64,000 nucleotides of DNA from an uncultured Coriobacteriales bacterium (GCA_934654475.1 CAKUFZ010000006.1:36189-100188), one strand, 5' to 3'; numbered from the stretch's first letter, positions 19,211 through 28,834 are shown. Translations and numbers: made by a program. The notes: generated by a model from the sequence alone, not told the origin.

Positions 19211-19480
19211 CACAGCGCCGCGGAACGCAGCGCCTGAGGTTCCGCAACCCATCAAAACGCAGGTTCTCAGGCGCAAGGCGCGCGGAGTCGATGTGCGCGG
19301 TGCGGGCCTTTGGCCTACTGGAGTACATGAGACTCCGCGGAACGCAGCGCATCAGGTTCCGCATCCCACCAAAAGGCGGGTTCTCGTCCGCAAGGCGCCG
19401 GGAGGCGATGCGTACTGGACGTACACCAAAGGCGCGCACCGCGCGTGAGCCTTCCGGGAACGCAGCGGACGAGGTCCCGC
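19211..19480. repeat. Intergenic structured repeat, family 1 (locus B, about 2.5 units)
   Basis: Three GCGGAAC-N12-GTTCCGC-type hairpins at 19220-19245, 19337-19362 and 19455-19479, with cores CAAGGCGC...GCGATG.GC...TACTGGA.GTAC...GGAACGCAG. Confidence 0.8.
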
Positions 19481-19486
19481 ATCATC

Positions 19487-21190
19487 CTAGTTGGCGAACT
19501 CCTGGCCGAGAACGTAAGCTTCGACCGTAGTACGCCCGCACGCAAGGCCGGTGAACAGGTTGGGGTAGCTCACGCAGAAGAAGCCGCCCGAGCAGTCGCC
19601 GATGGCATAGAGGCCCTCGATGGGGTTGTTGTCCTGGTCGAGAACCTGCATGTGCGTGTTGATGAGCAGGCCGTCGAACGTGGCGAGGTGCCAGGCGCCG
19701 GTGCGCACGCCATAGAAAGGCGGCGTGTCGAGCTTCGTGAGGCGGTAGGCCTCCTTGTAGTAGTCGGGGTCGGCGCCTTCGTCGCAATAGCCGTTGTACT
19801 TCTCAACCGTGGCCACAAGGTTCTCAGCGGGGATGTTGAGCTTCTCGGCGAGCTCCTCGATGGTGTCGGCCTGCTGGATGTAGCCGTCCTCGATGAGCTT
19901 GGCGTTCATGTTGTCCCACACCACGTCGAACGGGATGTTGTTCTTGGCGCCGTTGTCGAAGGGGAACAGGCGGCAGCAGCCAACCTCGTTGAGCTGCTCG
20001 GCCTTAGCCTTGGCGTCGGAGTCCCAGATGTCGCAGTAGGTGTGGTAAGGCTGGCTCCACGTGGAGTGCAGCATATAGTCGTAAGGACCGCTCTCGTTGC
20101 AGAAGCGCTCGCCGTTGAGGTTGACCTTGAGGAAGGGCTGCTCGCCGAACCAGAACCAACGGCCCACGACGCCATTGCCGGCAACCTCGTCAGGCATGAC
20201 GCAGCAGCGGTTGAACAGGATGGAGGTGCCGATCGGGTCCTTGCGGGCACCGAGCCACATACCGGCCTTGATACCGGAGCCGTCATCGGTGGAACCCATG
20301 GTGCACAGGATGCGGCCGTCGACGATTTCGGGCTGCAGGGCCTTCATCATATCGGTGTTCGTGGAGTAACCGCCCGTGGCGAGCACCACGCCCTTGGAGG
20401 CGTTGATGCGCACGTAGTGGCCGTCGGTGGTGTCCTGGGCGATGGCACCGGTCACGCGGCCGGACTCGTCCTGCTCGAGCTTAACCAGGGGGCAGCTCCA
20501 GCGCACCTCGACGCCGGCGTCGATGGCAGCCTGGCGCATGACAGCGGTGTAGGAGTCGTCCTCGCCGGCAGCCTCGGTCTTCTGCGGGCTGTGACCGGTG
20601 GCGTAGGCGCGGTCGCGGCCCTCGCCGTCTTGGTTGCCGATGCCACCCTCGAACTCCATGACCAACTTGCCCGTGGCCTCGATGGTGTCAGTGACCCAGT
20701 CGATGACCTCACCGGAGCGCTGAGCCCACATCTTGATGAGGTCGTAATTACAGAAGCCGTTGGCGTAGCGAACGATGTCCTCGACGGCGTCCTTCTCCTC
20801 AAACTTGAACTCGGGGAACTCCTCGAAGGCAGCAAGCTGGAGCTTGGAGTTCATAGCGCCAATGTCCTCGCGCATCGTCTGGCAGCTCTCCTCGGCGTCA
20901 CGCTCAATGACGAGGGTCTTGCTGCCGTTCTGTGCGCAGGAAAGCGCGCAGGGCACACCGCCGGTGGCAAAGCCGCAAATGAGCACCTCTGTCTCGAGGG
21001 TCTCGGTGATGTCGGACTCGGCGATCTCGGGCGCCTCGCCCAGCCAAGCGGGGTTACCCTCGGCGGTCAGGGCGTCCTGGGCCTGGGCGGAGGTAGCGCC
21101 GGACAGGTTGGCGGCTGCGGCGACGCCTGCACCTGCAAGGGCGGCACCTGCGACAAAGTTACGGCGGGTCAGGGTCTCGTTCATGGTCAA
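19487..21190 (-). CDS. Tat-exported FAD-dependent oxidoreductase (fumarate reductase/urocanate reductase-like flavoprotein)
   Basis: Twin-arginine signal LTRRNFVAGAALAGAGVAAAANL...AQA. N-terminal dinucleotide-binding fold and C-terminal GLYAIGDCSGG motif typical of the FrdA/flavocytochrome c family. Confidence 0.75.
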   Translation of the reverse strand: MTMNETLTRRNFVAGAALAGAGVAAAANLSGATSAQAQDALTAEGNPAWLGEAPEIAESDITETLETEVLICGFATGGVPCALSCAQNGSKTLVIERDAEESCQTMREDIGAMNSKLQLAAFEEFPEFKFEEKDAVEDIVRYANGFCNYDLIKMWAQRSGEVIDWVTDTIEATGKLVMEFEGGIGNQDGEGRDRAYATGHSPQKTEAAGEDDSYTAVMRQAAIDAGVEVRWSCPLVKLEQDESGRVTGAIAQDTTDGHYVRINASKGVVLATGGYSTNTDMMKALQPEIVDGRILCTMGSTDDGSGIKAGMWLGARKDPIGTSILFNRCCVMPDEVAGNGVVGRWFWFGEQPFLKVNLNGERFCNESGPYDYMLHSTWSQPYHTYCDIWDSDAKAKAEQLNEVGCCRLFPFDNGAKNNIPFDVVWDNMNAKLIEDGYIQQADTIEELAEKLNIPAENLVATVEKYNGYCDEGADPDYYKEAYRLTKLDTPPFYGVRTGAWHLATFDGLLINTHMQVLDQDNNPIEGLYAIGDCSGGFFCVSYPNLFTGLACGRTTVEAYVLGQEFAN

Positions 21191-21692
21191 TGTCCTTCCG
21201 TTGCGTTCAACTTATATGGGAACACACTCGTTCGCGACGCACGCCTGCAGGCATCCCCGCGCTTGACCGCGTCGCTGACACCCATAATGGCCCGCCTGCC
21301 CCCTAGGAACCATTGCCCAGCCAGGGTAATCTTTTATTTGCATATCTACCAGGTAAAATAAAAACAATTACCCCGCCTGGGTAAGCGCATTTTCGCGCTG
21401 GAAACCCTCGAGGGTAATGGCGCAAGTGCGCCGAGAGACCGAGTGCCGTCCTCGGCCGCCATAAGGCCGCAGGCTGATCTTGAGACACGCGCGCCCGCAA
21501 GCCCAAGGCCACGCACGCCTTGTCCACCACCCCATCGGCACGGTTCCGCCCCGCGTTGCATGCACGATGTCAGCCGCCCCATCGGCGTGGTTCCGCCTCG
21601 CTTCCACGCGCACAAAGCCACGCGCCCGGCGCATACGGCGCCCCATACATGTCGGCGCCTTCACCAACAGACGCCTGGCGGCGACGCGCAAC

Positions 21693-21728
21693 AAAAAACG
21701 CCCGGAGGGCCTAAGCCTTCCAGGCGTT
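21693..21728 (-). terminator. Rho-independent terminator after tRNA-Lys
   Basis: The minus strand reads AACGCCTGGAAGGC-TTAG-GCCCTCCGGGCGTT followed by TTTTTTG. Confidence 0.6.
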
Positions 21729-21740
21729 TCAAAGTTCACA

Positions 21741-21817
21741 TGGTGCGCCGTCAGGGATTCGAACCCTGGACCTTGGGATTAAGAGTCCCCTGCTCTGGCC
21801 AGCTGAGCTAACGGCGC
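21741..21817 (-). tRNA. tRNA-Lys (anticodon CTT)
   Basis: The reverse complement GCGCCGTTAGCTCAGCTGGCCAGAGCAGGGGACTCTTAATCCCAAGGTCCAGGGTTCGAATCCCTGACGGCGCACCA folds as a cloverleaf. It has a 7-bp acceptor stem, TTCGAAT T-loop, CTCTTAA anticodon loop and an encoded CCA. Confidence 0.9.
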
Positions 21818-21820
21818 AAA

Positions 21821-21897
21821 TGGGGTGAGAAAAGGGGCTCGAACCCTCGACCTTCGGAGCCACAATCCGACGCTCTGCCAACTGAGCTACTCCCACC
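21821..21897 (-). tRNA. tRNA-His (anticodon GTG)
   Basis: The reverse complement is GGTGGGAGTAGCTCAGTTGGCAGAGCGTCGGATTGTGGCTCCGAAGGTCGAGGGTTCGAGCCCCTTTTCTCACCCCA. It carries an extra 5' G(-1) opposite C73, which is the His identity element. The anticodon loop is TTGTGGC. Confidence 0.9.
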
Positions 21898-21986
21898 ACG
21901 TGCTGCAGGAGAATATTTTGCAGGAAGACGCGATGGAAGGCAAGTACTTTCTCGAAGAAATGCCTTTCACCACTAGATGCACAAAA

Positions 21987-22370
21987 CTAGGCCGTCACTG
22001 CGTCCTGCTCGACCTTGCTCGTGAGAATCGCCTCGACCCCACGTTCGCCGGTGTGGATGCGAATGGCCTCTTCCACAGGGTAGATGAAGATCTTGCCATC
22101 GCCCACCTCCCCTTCCTTGCCGGTACGGGCGGCCGCCAAGATGATGTCGGCAACCGTATCGACGCGTTCGTCGGGCAGGACAATCTCTATTTTGACCTTG
22201 GCCCGCATGCGCACGAGCACCTCGGTTCCCCGGTAGTACTCAGTCCAGCCGTGCTGGTTGCCGGCTCCCTGCACCTGTGAAATCGTCATGCCTTCGACGT
22301 TTGCGGCGAACAGGGCGCTCTTTACTTCTTCGACAGCCTCAGGGCGAACGATTGCCTCTATCTTCTTCAT
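21987..22370 (-). CDS. P-II family nitrogen regulatory protein
   Basis: MKKIEAIVRPEAVEEVKSAL...GWTEYYRGTE...GDGKIFIYPVEEAIRIHTGE. Start moved to the ATG at 22370. No adjacent amtB or glnA. Confidence 0.8.
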   Translation of the reverse strand: MKKIEAIVRPEAVEEVKSALFAANVEGMTISQVQGAGNQHGWTEYYRGTEVLVRMRAKVKIEIVLPDERVDTVADIILAAARTGKEGEVGDGKIFIYPVEEAIRIHTGERGVEAILTSKVEQDAVTA

Positions 22371-22538
22371 GCATCCCGTCCTTTCCGGTGAGAGCGACAC
22401 GTTGAATGGCCTTTGAGCCACTGTCACAGTAGGGCGGCAAGATTTCTCAGGCATTTCCGTAAACATCCGTTAACACAGCATTCGCCGAGCGCACAACAGG
22501 CCCAGGCGAAAGCACATCCCGCCTTATATGCAAGACAC

Positions 22539-22568
22539 AAAAAAGGCCCGCAGGAAATCCCGCGGGCC
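22539..22568 (-). terminator. Rho-independent terminator after htrA-like gene
   Basis: The minus strand reads GGCCCGCGGGATTTCCTGCGGGCC followed by TTTTTT. Confidence 0.6.
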
Positions 22569-22617
22569 TTGCAAAAGACTTGCTTGTGGGTTGGTGCCGA
22601 CCTTGCCGTCGGGGTGC

Positions 22618-24198
22618 CTAGGCGTTTACCGCCGCCTCAGCAGCAGGCTGGCCCTGCACCTGGCCCGACATGTCATAGCCATAGCCATAACCGGGGGCGT
22701 AGAAGAAGCCGTAGCCCCAGCCGGGCATCGCATAGCCATAGCCCTGCCCGTAGCCGTACCCGGGGCCATAGCCGTAACCGTAATCGGAACCATAGCCCTC
22801 GCCGTAGCCGTAGTCATCCGCACCGCCGTAAGAATCCTGGCCGGAGAACACGCCAGAGGGGCCTTCGGCATCGCTGGAAGACTCGTCGTCGGCGCTACCA
22901 AACAGGTAGTCGATGATGCTCTTGACCTTGCCGCTACCGTCCTGCTCGGTGGCATCGGAGGCCTCTTCCTCAGTGTAGTCGGTGTCCTTGCCCAGCGTGA
23001 CCTCGAACTCCTGCTCCTCGCCGTCGCGCTCGACCGTAAGGGTCACCGTGTCGCCAATCTTGTGCGAACGCACCTGGATGATGAGGTCGTTGGCGGAGTA
23101 AATCTGCTCGCCATCGCACGCGGTGATGACGTCACCGGCCTGGATGCCAGCCTGCTCGGCACCCGAGCCCTTCATGACATCTTGCACATAGGCGCCCATA
23201 AGGGAGGAAGACATGGTGTTGGACGAGCCGACCTGGCTGTAATAGGCGTAGTAGTCGTTCATGTTAGACACGTGCATGCCCAGCTGCGGGTGGCTCGCCA
23301 CGCCGTCGCTCAGGAGCTGGTCGACAACGTCCTTGATGTAGTTGGAGGGAATGGCATAGCTCATGCCTGCCCAGTCACCGGTACTTGAGGCGTTGTAGGT
23401 GGTCATGCCCACCAACTCGCCGTTGGCGTTGACCATGGCGCCGCCCGAGGAACCCTCGTTGATCATGGCGTCGGACTGAATGGCGCCCACGTAGTAGGCG
23501 GTGGTGTCGTTCAGCTGGATGGTGGTGGTGCGGTTGACGCCCGAGACAATACCGGTGGAGACCGAGGTGTCCTCGCCCATGGGGCTGCCCACCGTCATGA
23601 CCCACGAGCCCACCTTAAGGGCGTCAGAGTCGCCGAACTCGATGGGGGTCAGCTGCTCGTCGCCCGGTTCAATCTTGAGTACGGCAATGTCGCTCGTAGG
23701 ATCGGTGCCCACAATGGTGGCGTCATAGGCCACGTCGCCCATGACGACCTGAATGACGGGCTCGTCCTGCTCGTCCACGTTGTCGTATCCCTCGATGACG
23801 TGGTAGTTCGTGAGGATGTGACCCTCGGTGTCAAGCGCGACGCACGATCCGCTTGCCACGCCCACCGAACCCTGCGTGCCCACAAGAGCATAGACGGTGC
23901 CCACCGAAGGCAGGACCTTCTCGGCCACGCTCTCAGCGAGCGTGGGATCGGTGTCGACGGCGCCGGCCGTGCTGGCAGCATTCTCGTCGGCGGGCGCGGT
24001 GGCAACCGTGGAGCTCTCATCGGCAACAGCTAGGTTGGAGGAAGCGGCGCTCGTCATGAACGCGCCGCCCGCAAGGCCAATCGACAGCGCAAGTGCGCCG
24101 GCAACGATCTTGCCCGAGAGTCCCATGCGTGCACGGGTGCGGGCGCTTTCAGGAGCGAACTCAATGACCGGCTCGTTGTTCTTGTTGAAGGTACTCAT
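22618..24198 (-). CDS. HtrA/DegP-family trypsin-like serine protease with PDZ domain and Gly/Tyr-rich C-terminal tail
   Basis: N-terminal TM, catalytic Ser motif NEGSSGGAMVNANGELVG, and a PDZ-like region (GAYVQDVMKGSGAEQAGIQAGDVITACDGEQI). The tail is GYGEGYGSDYGYGYGPGYGYGQGYGY... Confidence 0.85.
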   Translation of the reverse strand: MSTFNKNNEPVIEFAPESARTRARMGLSGKIVAGALALSIGLAGGAFMTSAASSNLAVADESSTVATAPADENAASTAGAVDTDPTLAESVAEKVLPSVGTVYALVGTQGSVGVASGSCVALDTEGHILTNYHVIEGYDNVDEQDEPVIQVVMGDVAYDATIVGTDPTSDIAVLKIEPGDEQLTPIEFGDSDALKVGSWVMTVGSPMGEDTSVSTGIVSGVNRTTTIQLNDTTAYYVGAIQSDAMINEGSSGGAMVNANGELVGMTTYNASSTGDWAGMSYAIPSNYIKDVVDQLLSDGVASHPQLGMHVSNMNDYYAYYSQVGSSNTMSSSLMGAYVQDVMKGSGAEQAGIQAGDVITACDGEQIYSANDLIIQVRSHKIGDTVTLTVERDGEEQEFEVTLGKDTDYTEEEASDATEQDGSGKVKSIIDYLFGSADDESSSDAEGPSGVFSGQDSYGGADDYGYGEGYGSDYGYGYGPGYGYGQGYGYAMPGWGYGFFYAPGYGYGYDMSGQVQGQPAAEAAVNA

Positions 24199-24385
24199 AT
24201 GCTGTGTCCTTCCTACTCCCAGGCCTCACAGAGGGGCCGTCGTTTTTTTGACTATTGAAGGTTTACCCCAAACCGCTGAAACATACGTGAATCGATAGAC
24301 CCACAAAGACCTGCCAGATACCTGAGGCGCCTTTCAGAAAGAGCGGGTGCGAACGCCAGATCCCCCAATCCGACAGCAACATCCC

Positions 24386-26392
24386 CTACTGTTGCAGGCC
24401 GAACTCAATCGCCGCAACATTATCGCGCATCGAACGCACGGTCTCACGTGAAATGAGCTCATTGTCGAAGGCTATTCGAATTTGTTCGCGCTCGATGAGA
24501 AGCGCGCGGCGCATGATGGCGTCGGTGGGCACCATGGACGCGCCCAGGCGCGAATGAGCCGACTGACCGTTTGAACGCGCCGCAGCAGCCATACGCTGGT
24601 ACTCCAATGTCAGATGGACGATGGCCTCCTCGTCGAAACCGTCGTCGGGCTCAACCTCGGCAAGCTCCGAGAGCACGTACTCGGCACACGACAGGCGCAG
24701 GGAGTCTCGGGCGCGACGGCGCTTCTCACGCGCATCCTCCCCCAGCCCCCAATCTTGAGAACCGGTTTGGAGCAGCACGCCGAACCAGCCCGAGACATTG
24801 CGCAGAAGCCAGCGTATCTCCCCCTTGTGGTGGATACGCGAAAGCTTGCGCTCGAGCTCCCACAGATAGCCATAGCCCACGACGGGCGCGACCTCATGGT
24901 CGCGGATGGCCTTGTTCACGCGCACGGCCTCCCATGCCACAGCGCGCTCATGCAGGCTGTCCTCCGCCTTGTCCTCCATCGAAGAGGCCTTCTTGATGCG
25001 GTCGATGCGCGTCTCGTAGGTCGCGATGACGCGGCGCAACGCGCGCTTGTCGACGATTGCCTCGTCGTGCGACAGCTCACGGATGACATTGCGCAGCACC
25101 TGCACGCGACCCTGCGTCTCTTCAATGCGCGTGAGCTGGGGTTCCTTTTTGGGCACAAGCAGCGGCACCACGAAATTGGCGAGCAGAAGCGTTATGAGAA
25201 TGACGCCCGCCCCCAGGAAGATGAGCAGCTCGCGGCACTGCAGGACCTCGCCGGTGCCCACAACGCGCGGGATGGTGAGGCAGATGGACAGCGTCACGGC
25301 ACCTTTGGGACCGGCGAGCGTGAGCAGAAGGGCGTCCTTGGCCGCCTTGCCGTCGATCTTGTGGCGCTTGCCGTCCTCGCGGACCCTCACGCGCTCCATC
25401 CCCAGGCACCACACGAAACGAACCGCGATGAGCGCGACGGTGATGAGCACGACGTCAAGAATGAGGGTTTCATTGGGATAGCTGCTAGCCCAGGTGCGCG
25501 CCGTGGCGTTGGGCAGAAGCGTGCCCAACAACACGAAGCACATGCCGTTGAGCGCGAAGGAGATGACCTTCCAGACGCTTGAGCTCACGATGTTGAGTCG
25601 CGCCGTGCTCGGCATCAGCGCCCTTGTGTTGAAGGAGTCCACGATACCGGCAGCCACAACCGCCAAGATGCCTGAAACTCCCAGCTCTTCAGCAATGAGA
25701 TAGAACGCAAAGGGAGTGAGTACCTGCACCAGCACGTGGAACGTCACGTCTTCCAAGCCGGTGCGGCGCACGGAATTGATGATGAGGCCCTTGACCGCAG
25801 CGAGAAGCGCGCCCAGCACGATGCCGCCCACAAAGCTCCAGGCAAGCGACATACCTGCATCGACCACAGAGAACGCGCCTGTGACCAGCGCCGCTATGGC
25901 GAACTGAAACGACACGACGCCCGACGCGTCGTTGAGCAGGCATTCTCCCTGCAGGAGCGTCTTATGGTTCTTATCGATGGAGAGGCGCTTGCCCAGCGTG
26001 GTGACAGCCACTGCATCGGTGGGACCCAAGGCCGCACCCAGGGCAAACGCCGCAGCAAGCGGAATGGAAGGCACAAGCGTATGCGTAAAGAAGCCCACGA
26101 CGAGCACGATGAGCAGAACGAGCCCCAATGCCAGCGCCAGCACAGGCCTGCGCTGGCGCCACAGGGCCTTCTTGTCCGCCTCGATGGCGTCCCAGTAGAG
26201 CAAGGGCGCGATGAAGAAGATGAGGAAGAAGTCTGGGTCGAGCGTGATGGTGACCGGAGCCGGGCTCATGGCAAGCGCGACACCGAGCACGATCTGCACG
26301 AGCGAGGCAGGTGCCTTCGGGAAAATCTGGGCCACGATACTCGACACGAGGACGGCGGCAAGCATGAGAACGACGGGCAGGACGGACTCCAC
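24386..26392 (-). CDS. Na+/H+ antiporter (CPA1/NhaP-type) with long cytoplasmic C-terminal domain
   Basis: 668 aa. The N-terminal ~400 aa are polytopic and include the segments LGAALGPTDAV and ECLLNDASGVV. The C-terminal ~250 aa are soluble. Confidence 0.8.
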   Translation of the reverse strand: MESVLPVVLMLAAVLVSSIVAQIFPKAPASLVQIVLGVALAMSPAPVTITLDPDFFLIFFIAPLLYWDAIEADKKALWRQRRPVLALALGLVLLIVLVVGFFTHTLVPSIPLAAAFALGAALGPTDAVAVTTLGKRLSIDKNHKTLLQGECLLNDASGVVSFQFAIAALVTGAFSVVDAGMSLAWSFVGGIVLGALLAAVKGLIINSVRRTGLEDVTFHVLVQVLTPFAFYLIAEELGVSGILAVVAAGIVDSFNTRALMPSTARLNIVSSSVWKVISFALNGMCFVLLGTLLPNATARTWASSYPNETLILDVVLITVALIAVRFVWCLGMERVRVREDGKRHKIDGKAAKDALLLTLAGPKGAVTLSICLTIPRVVGTGEVLQCRELLIFLGAGVILITLLLANFVVPLLVPKKEPQLTRIEETQGRVQVLRNVIRELSHDEAIVDKRALRRVIATYETRIDRIKKASSMEDKAEDSLHERAVAWEAVRVNKAIRDHEVAPVVGYGYLWELERKLSRIHHKGEIRWLLRNVSGWFGVLLQTGSQDWGLGEDAREKRRRARDSLRLSCAEYVLSELAEVEPDDGFDEEAIVHLTLEYQRMAAAARSNGQSAHSRLGASMVPTDAIMRRALLIEREQIRIAFDNELISRETVRSMRDNVAAIEFGLQQ

Positions 26393-26604
26393 ATGTGCTC
26401 CAATCTGCTTGTGCGCTCTAGCGCAGCCACATCGGCTGCGTTAAAAACAGAGCTGCTGCGGCAAAGCGCCCTTCGGGCAACGCTGCCGCAGCAACTATGT
26501 AGGCTTCTAGCCATAAACCAAAATGCCCCCCGCGAGAACCTCGCAGGGGGCATCCGCAAAAACTACCAATCCAGAACTGCCAATCCACACACAACAGCAG
26601 TTGC

Positions 26605-26803
26605 ACGGAAGCGCTGTGGCAAGGCGCCCGAAGGCGATGTGCGCGGTGCGGGCCTTTGGCCTACTGGACGTACATGAGCCTTCGGGGAACGCAGCCACAG
26701 CGCTTTCGGAATGCACCCATAGAATCCGCTGCAACAAGGCGCGCGATGGCGATGTGTACTGGGCGTACATGAGCCTGAGCGGAACGCAGTTGCAGCGGAT
26801 TCT
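26605..26803. repeat. Intergenic structured repeat, family 1 (locus C, two units with long compensatory arms)
   Basis: Unit 1 is GAAGCGCTGTGG-CAAGGCGC...GGAACGCAG-CCACAGCGCTTTC. Unit 2 is GAATCCGCTGCAA-CAAGGCGC...GGAACGCAG-TTGCAGCGGATTC. Confidence 0.8.
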
Positions 26804-26812
26804 AAAGAAATT

Positions 26813-28450
26813 TTAGTACATGCCGCCCTGGCCGCCTTGGGCAGCAGCCGCGCTAATGGCGTCCTCGATGGTGGTGTCCTTGGGGATGTCGGTCACCGTG
26901 GCCTCGGTGATGAGGATGAGGCCAGCGATGGAGGCAGCGTTCTGCAGCGTGACGCGGGAAACCTTGACCGGGTCGAGCACGCCCATCTCGATCATGTTGC
27001 CCCACTTGCCGCTTGCGGAGTCCAGACCGCAGCCGGCCTCCATGTTGCGGACCTTCTCCACGACGACCTGACCCTCGTAGCCGGCGTTGGCCGCGATGGT
27101 GGCCACAGGAGCAGCCAGGGCCTTCTTGACGATGTTCACGCCGATCTGCTCGTCGGCGTCGTCGAGCTTCAGCTCGTCGAGGCCGCGCAGGGCGTCCATG
27201 AACGCAACGCCGCCGCCGGCGACGATGCCCTCCTCAACGGCAGCGCGGGTGGCCTGCAGGGCGTCCTCGATGCGGTGCTTGATTTCCTTCATCTCGGACT
27301 CGGTCGCAGCACCGACCTTGATGACGGCGACGCCGCCGGAGAGCTTGGCCAGACGCTCCTGGAGCTTCTCACGGTCGAAGTCGGACTTGGTGTTCTCCAT
27401 CTCGCCCTTGATCTGAGCAACGCGGGCGTCGATGGCGGCCTTGTCGCCGGCACCGTCGACGATGGTGGTGTTGTCCTTCGTGATCTTGACCGACTTGGCG
27501 CGGCCGAGGTCGTCGATCGTGGCGTCGGCGAGCTTGGAGCCCAGGTCGCTCATGATGGGCGTGGCAGCGGTGAGGGCGGCAATGTCCTCGAGCATGCGCT
27601 TACGACGGTCGCCGTAGCCGGGGGCTTTGACGGCGGCGATGTTCAGCGAGCCGCGCAGCTTGTTGAGGATGAGGGTGGCCAGAGCCTCGCCCTCGACGTC
27701 CTCGGCGATGATCACGAGCGGCTTGCCGGAACGCATGACGTCCTCGAGCAGCGGCACGATGTCCTGAACGTTGGAGATCTTCTGGTCGGTCACGAGGATG
27801 TAGGGGTCCTTGAAGTTGGCCTCCATGCGCTCGTTGTCCGTGGCGAAGTAAGGCGAGATGTAGCCCTTGTCGAACTGCATGCCCTCGACGGTGTCGATGT
27901 CGATGCCGAAGGTCTGGGACTCCTCGACGGTGATGACGCCGTCCTTGCCAACGACCTCCATGGCCTCGGCGATCTTGTTGCCGATGTTGGCATCGCCGGC
28001 GGAAATGGTGCCGACGGAAGCAATCTGCTCCTTGGAGGAAACAGGCTTGGCAACACCCTTCATGTGCTCGACAACAGCCTCGACGGCCTTGTCGATGCCG
28101 CGACGGATGGCCAGCGGGTTGGCGCCAGCGGTGACGTTGCGCAGGCCCTCGTTGACGATGACCTGGGCAAGCAGCGTGGCGGTGGTGGTGCCGTCACCCA
28201 CGAGGTCGTTCGTCTTGGTGGCGACCTCCTTCACGAGCTGGGCGCCCATGTTCTCGATGTGGTCGGGCAGCTCGATCTCCTTGGCGACGGAAACGCCGTC
28301 GTTGGTGATGGTGGGAGCGCCGTAGGAACGCTCAAGGGCGACGTAACGACCCTTGGGGCCCATGGTGACGGTCACGGCATCGGCCAGGGTGTTGACGCCC
28401 TTGGCGAGCTTGGCGCGAGCGTCGGCGTTGAAAGCAATCTGCTTAGCCAT
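26813..28450 (-). CDS. groL: Chaperonin GroEL
   Basis: [35 protein letters not shown]... and a C-terminal GGQGGMY. Confidence 0.97.
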   Translation of the reverse strand: MAKQIAFNADARAKLAKGVNTLADAVTVTMGPKGRYVALERSYGAPTITNDGVSVAKEIELPDHIENMGAQLVKEVATKTNDLVGDGTTTATLLAQVIVNEGLRNVTAGANPLAIRRGIDKAVEAVVEHMKGVAKPVSSKEQIASVGTISAGDANIGNKIAEAMEVVGKDGVITVEESQTFGIDIDTVEGMQFDKGYISPYFATDNERMEANFKDPYILVTDQKISNVQDIVPLLEDVMRSGKPLVIIAEDVEGEALATLILNKLRGSLNIAAVKAPGYGDRRKRMLEDIAALTAATPIMSDLGSKLADATIDDLGRAKSVKITKDNTTIVDGAGDKAAIDARVAQIKGEMENTKSDFDREKLQERLAKLSGGVAVIKVGAATESEMKEIKHRIEDALQATRAAVEEGIVAGGGVAFMDALRGLDELKLDDADEQIGVNIVKKALAAPVATIAANAGYEGQVVVEKVRNMEAGCGLDSASGKWGNMIEMGVLDPVKVSRVTLQNAASIAGLILITEATVTDIPKDTTIEDAISAAAAQGGQGGMY

Positions 28451-28543
28451 TGTTCAAGACCTCCTGATGAGTGGGTGAATGGAAAAGGGGCCGCGCGTCG
28501 CCGAGTCACCAGGCGCGCAAGCCCCTCTTATATATGAGCGGTC

Positions 28544-28834
28544 TTACTCCTCGACGACGGCGTAGATGTCGGAGTCGCGCATGAGCAGGTACTCCTCGCC
28601 GTCGATCTTGACCTCGTTGCCGCCGTACTTGCCATAGATGACAACGTCGCCAACCTTGACGTCAACGGGGATGCGCTCGCCCTTGTCATCGAGCTTGCCA
28701 GCGCCGACAGCGATGACCTCGCCGCGCTGGGGCTTCTCCTGGGCGCCAGAAGAGATGTACAGGCCGGAGGCAGTCTTCTGCTCCGCCTTCTCGGGCTTGA
28801 CCAGGACTCGATCTCCCAAAGGCCTCAACTGCAT
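28544..28834 (-). CDS. groS: Co-chaperonin GroES
   Basis: [27 protein letters not shown]..., 96 aa from the ATG at 28834, preceded by GAGGAGG. The ORF-track N-terminal extension was rejected. Confidence 0.95.
   Translation of the reverse strand: MQLRPLGDRVLVKPEKAEQKTASGLYISSGAQEKPQRGEVIAVGAGKLDDKGERIPVDVKVGDVVIYGKYGGNEVKIDGEEYLLMRDSDIYAVVEE

Noticed and set aside
19200-19439. Small ORFs inside repeat loci: 79 aa at 19200-19439 (-), 97 aa at 26523-26816 (+), 64 aa at 46748-46942 (+), 193 aa at 39630-40211 (-).
   Set aside because: They are translations of the repeated elements themselves, with Arg/Pro/Ala-rich low-complexity products and no SD. The frame is not preserved between repeat copies.
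21520-21600. Direct repeat CCCCATCGGC(A/G)(C/T)GGTTCCGCC, present twice upstream of the tRNA terminator region.
   Set aside because: There are only two short copies. They share GGTTCCGC with family 1 but lack the rest of the unit, so this is probably a decayed repeat fragment. The evidence is too weak to list as a feature.
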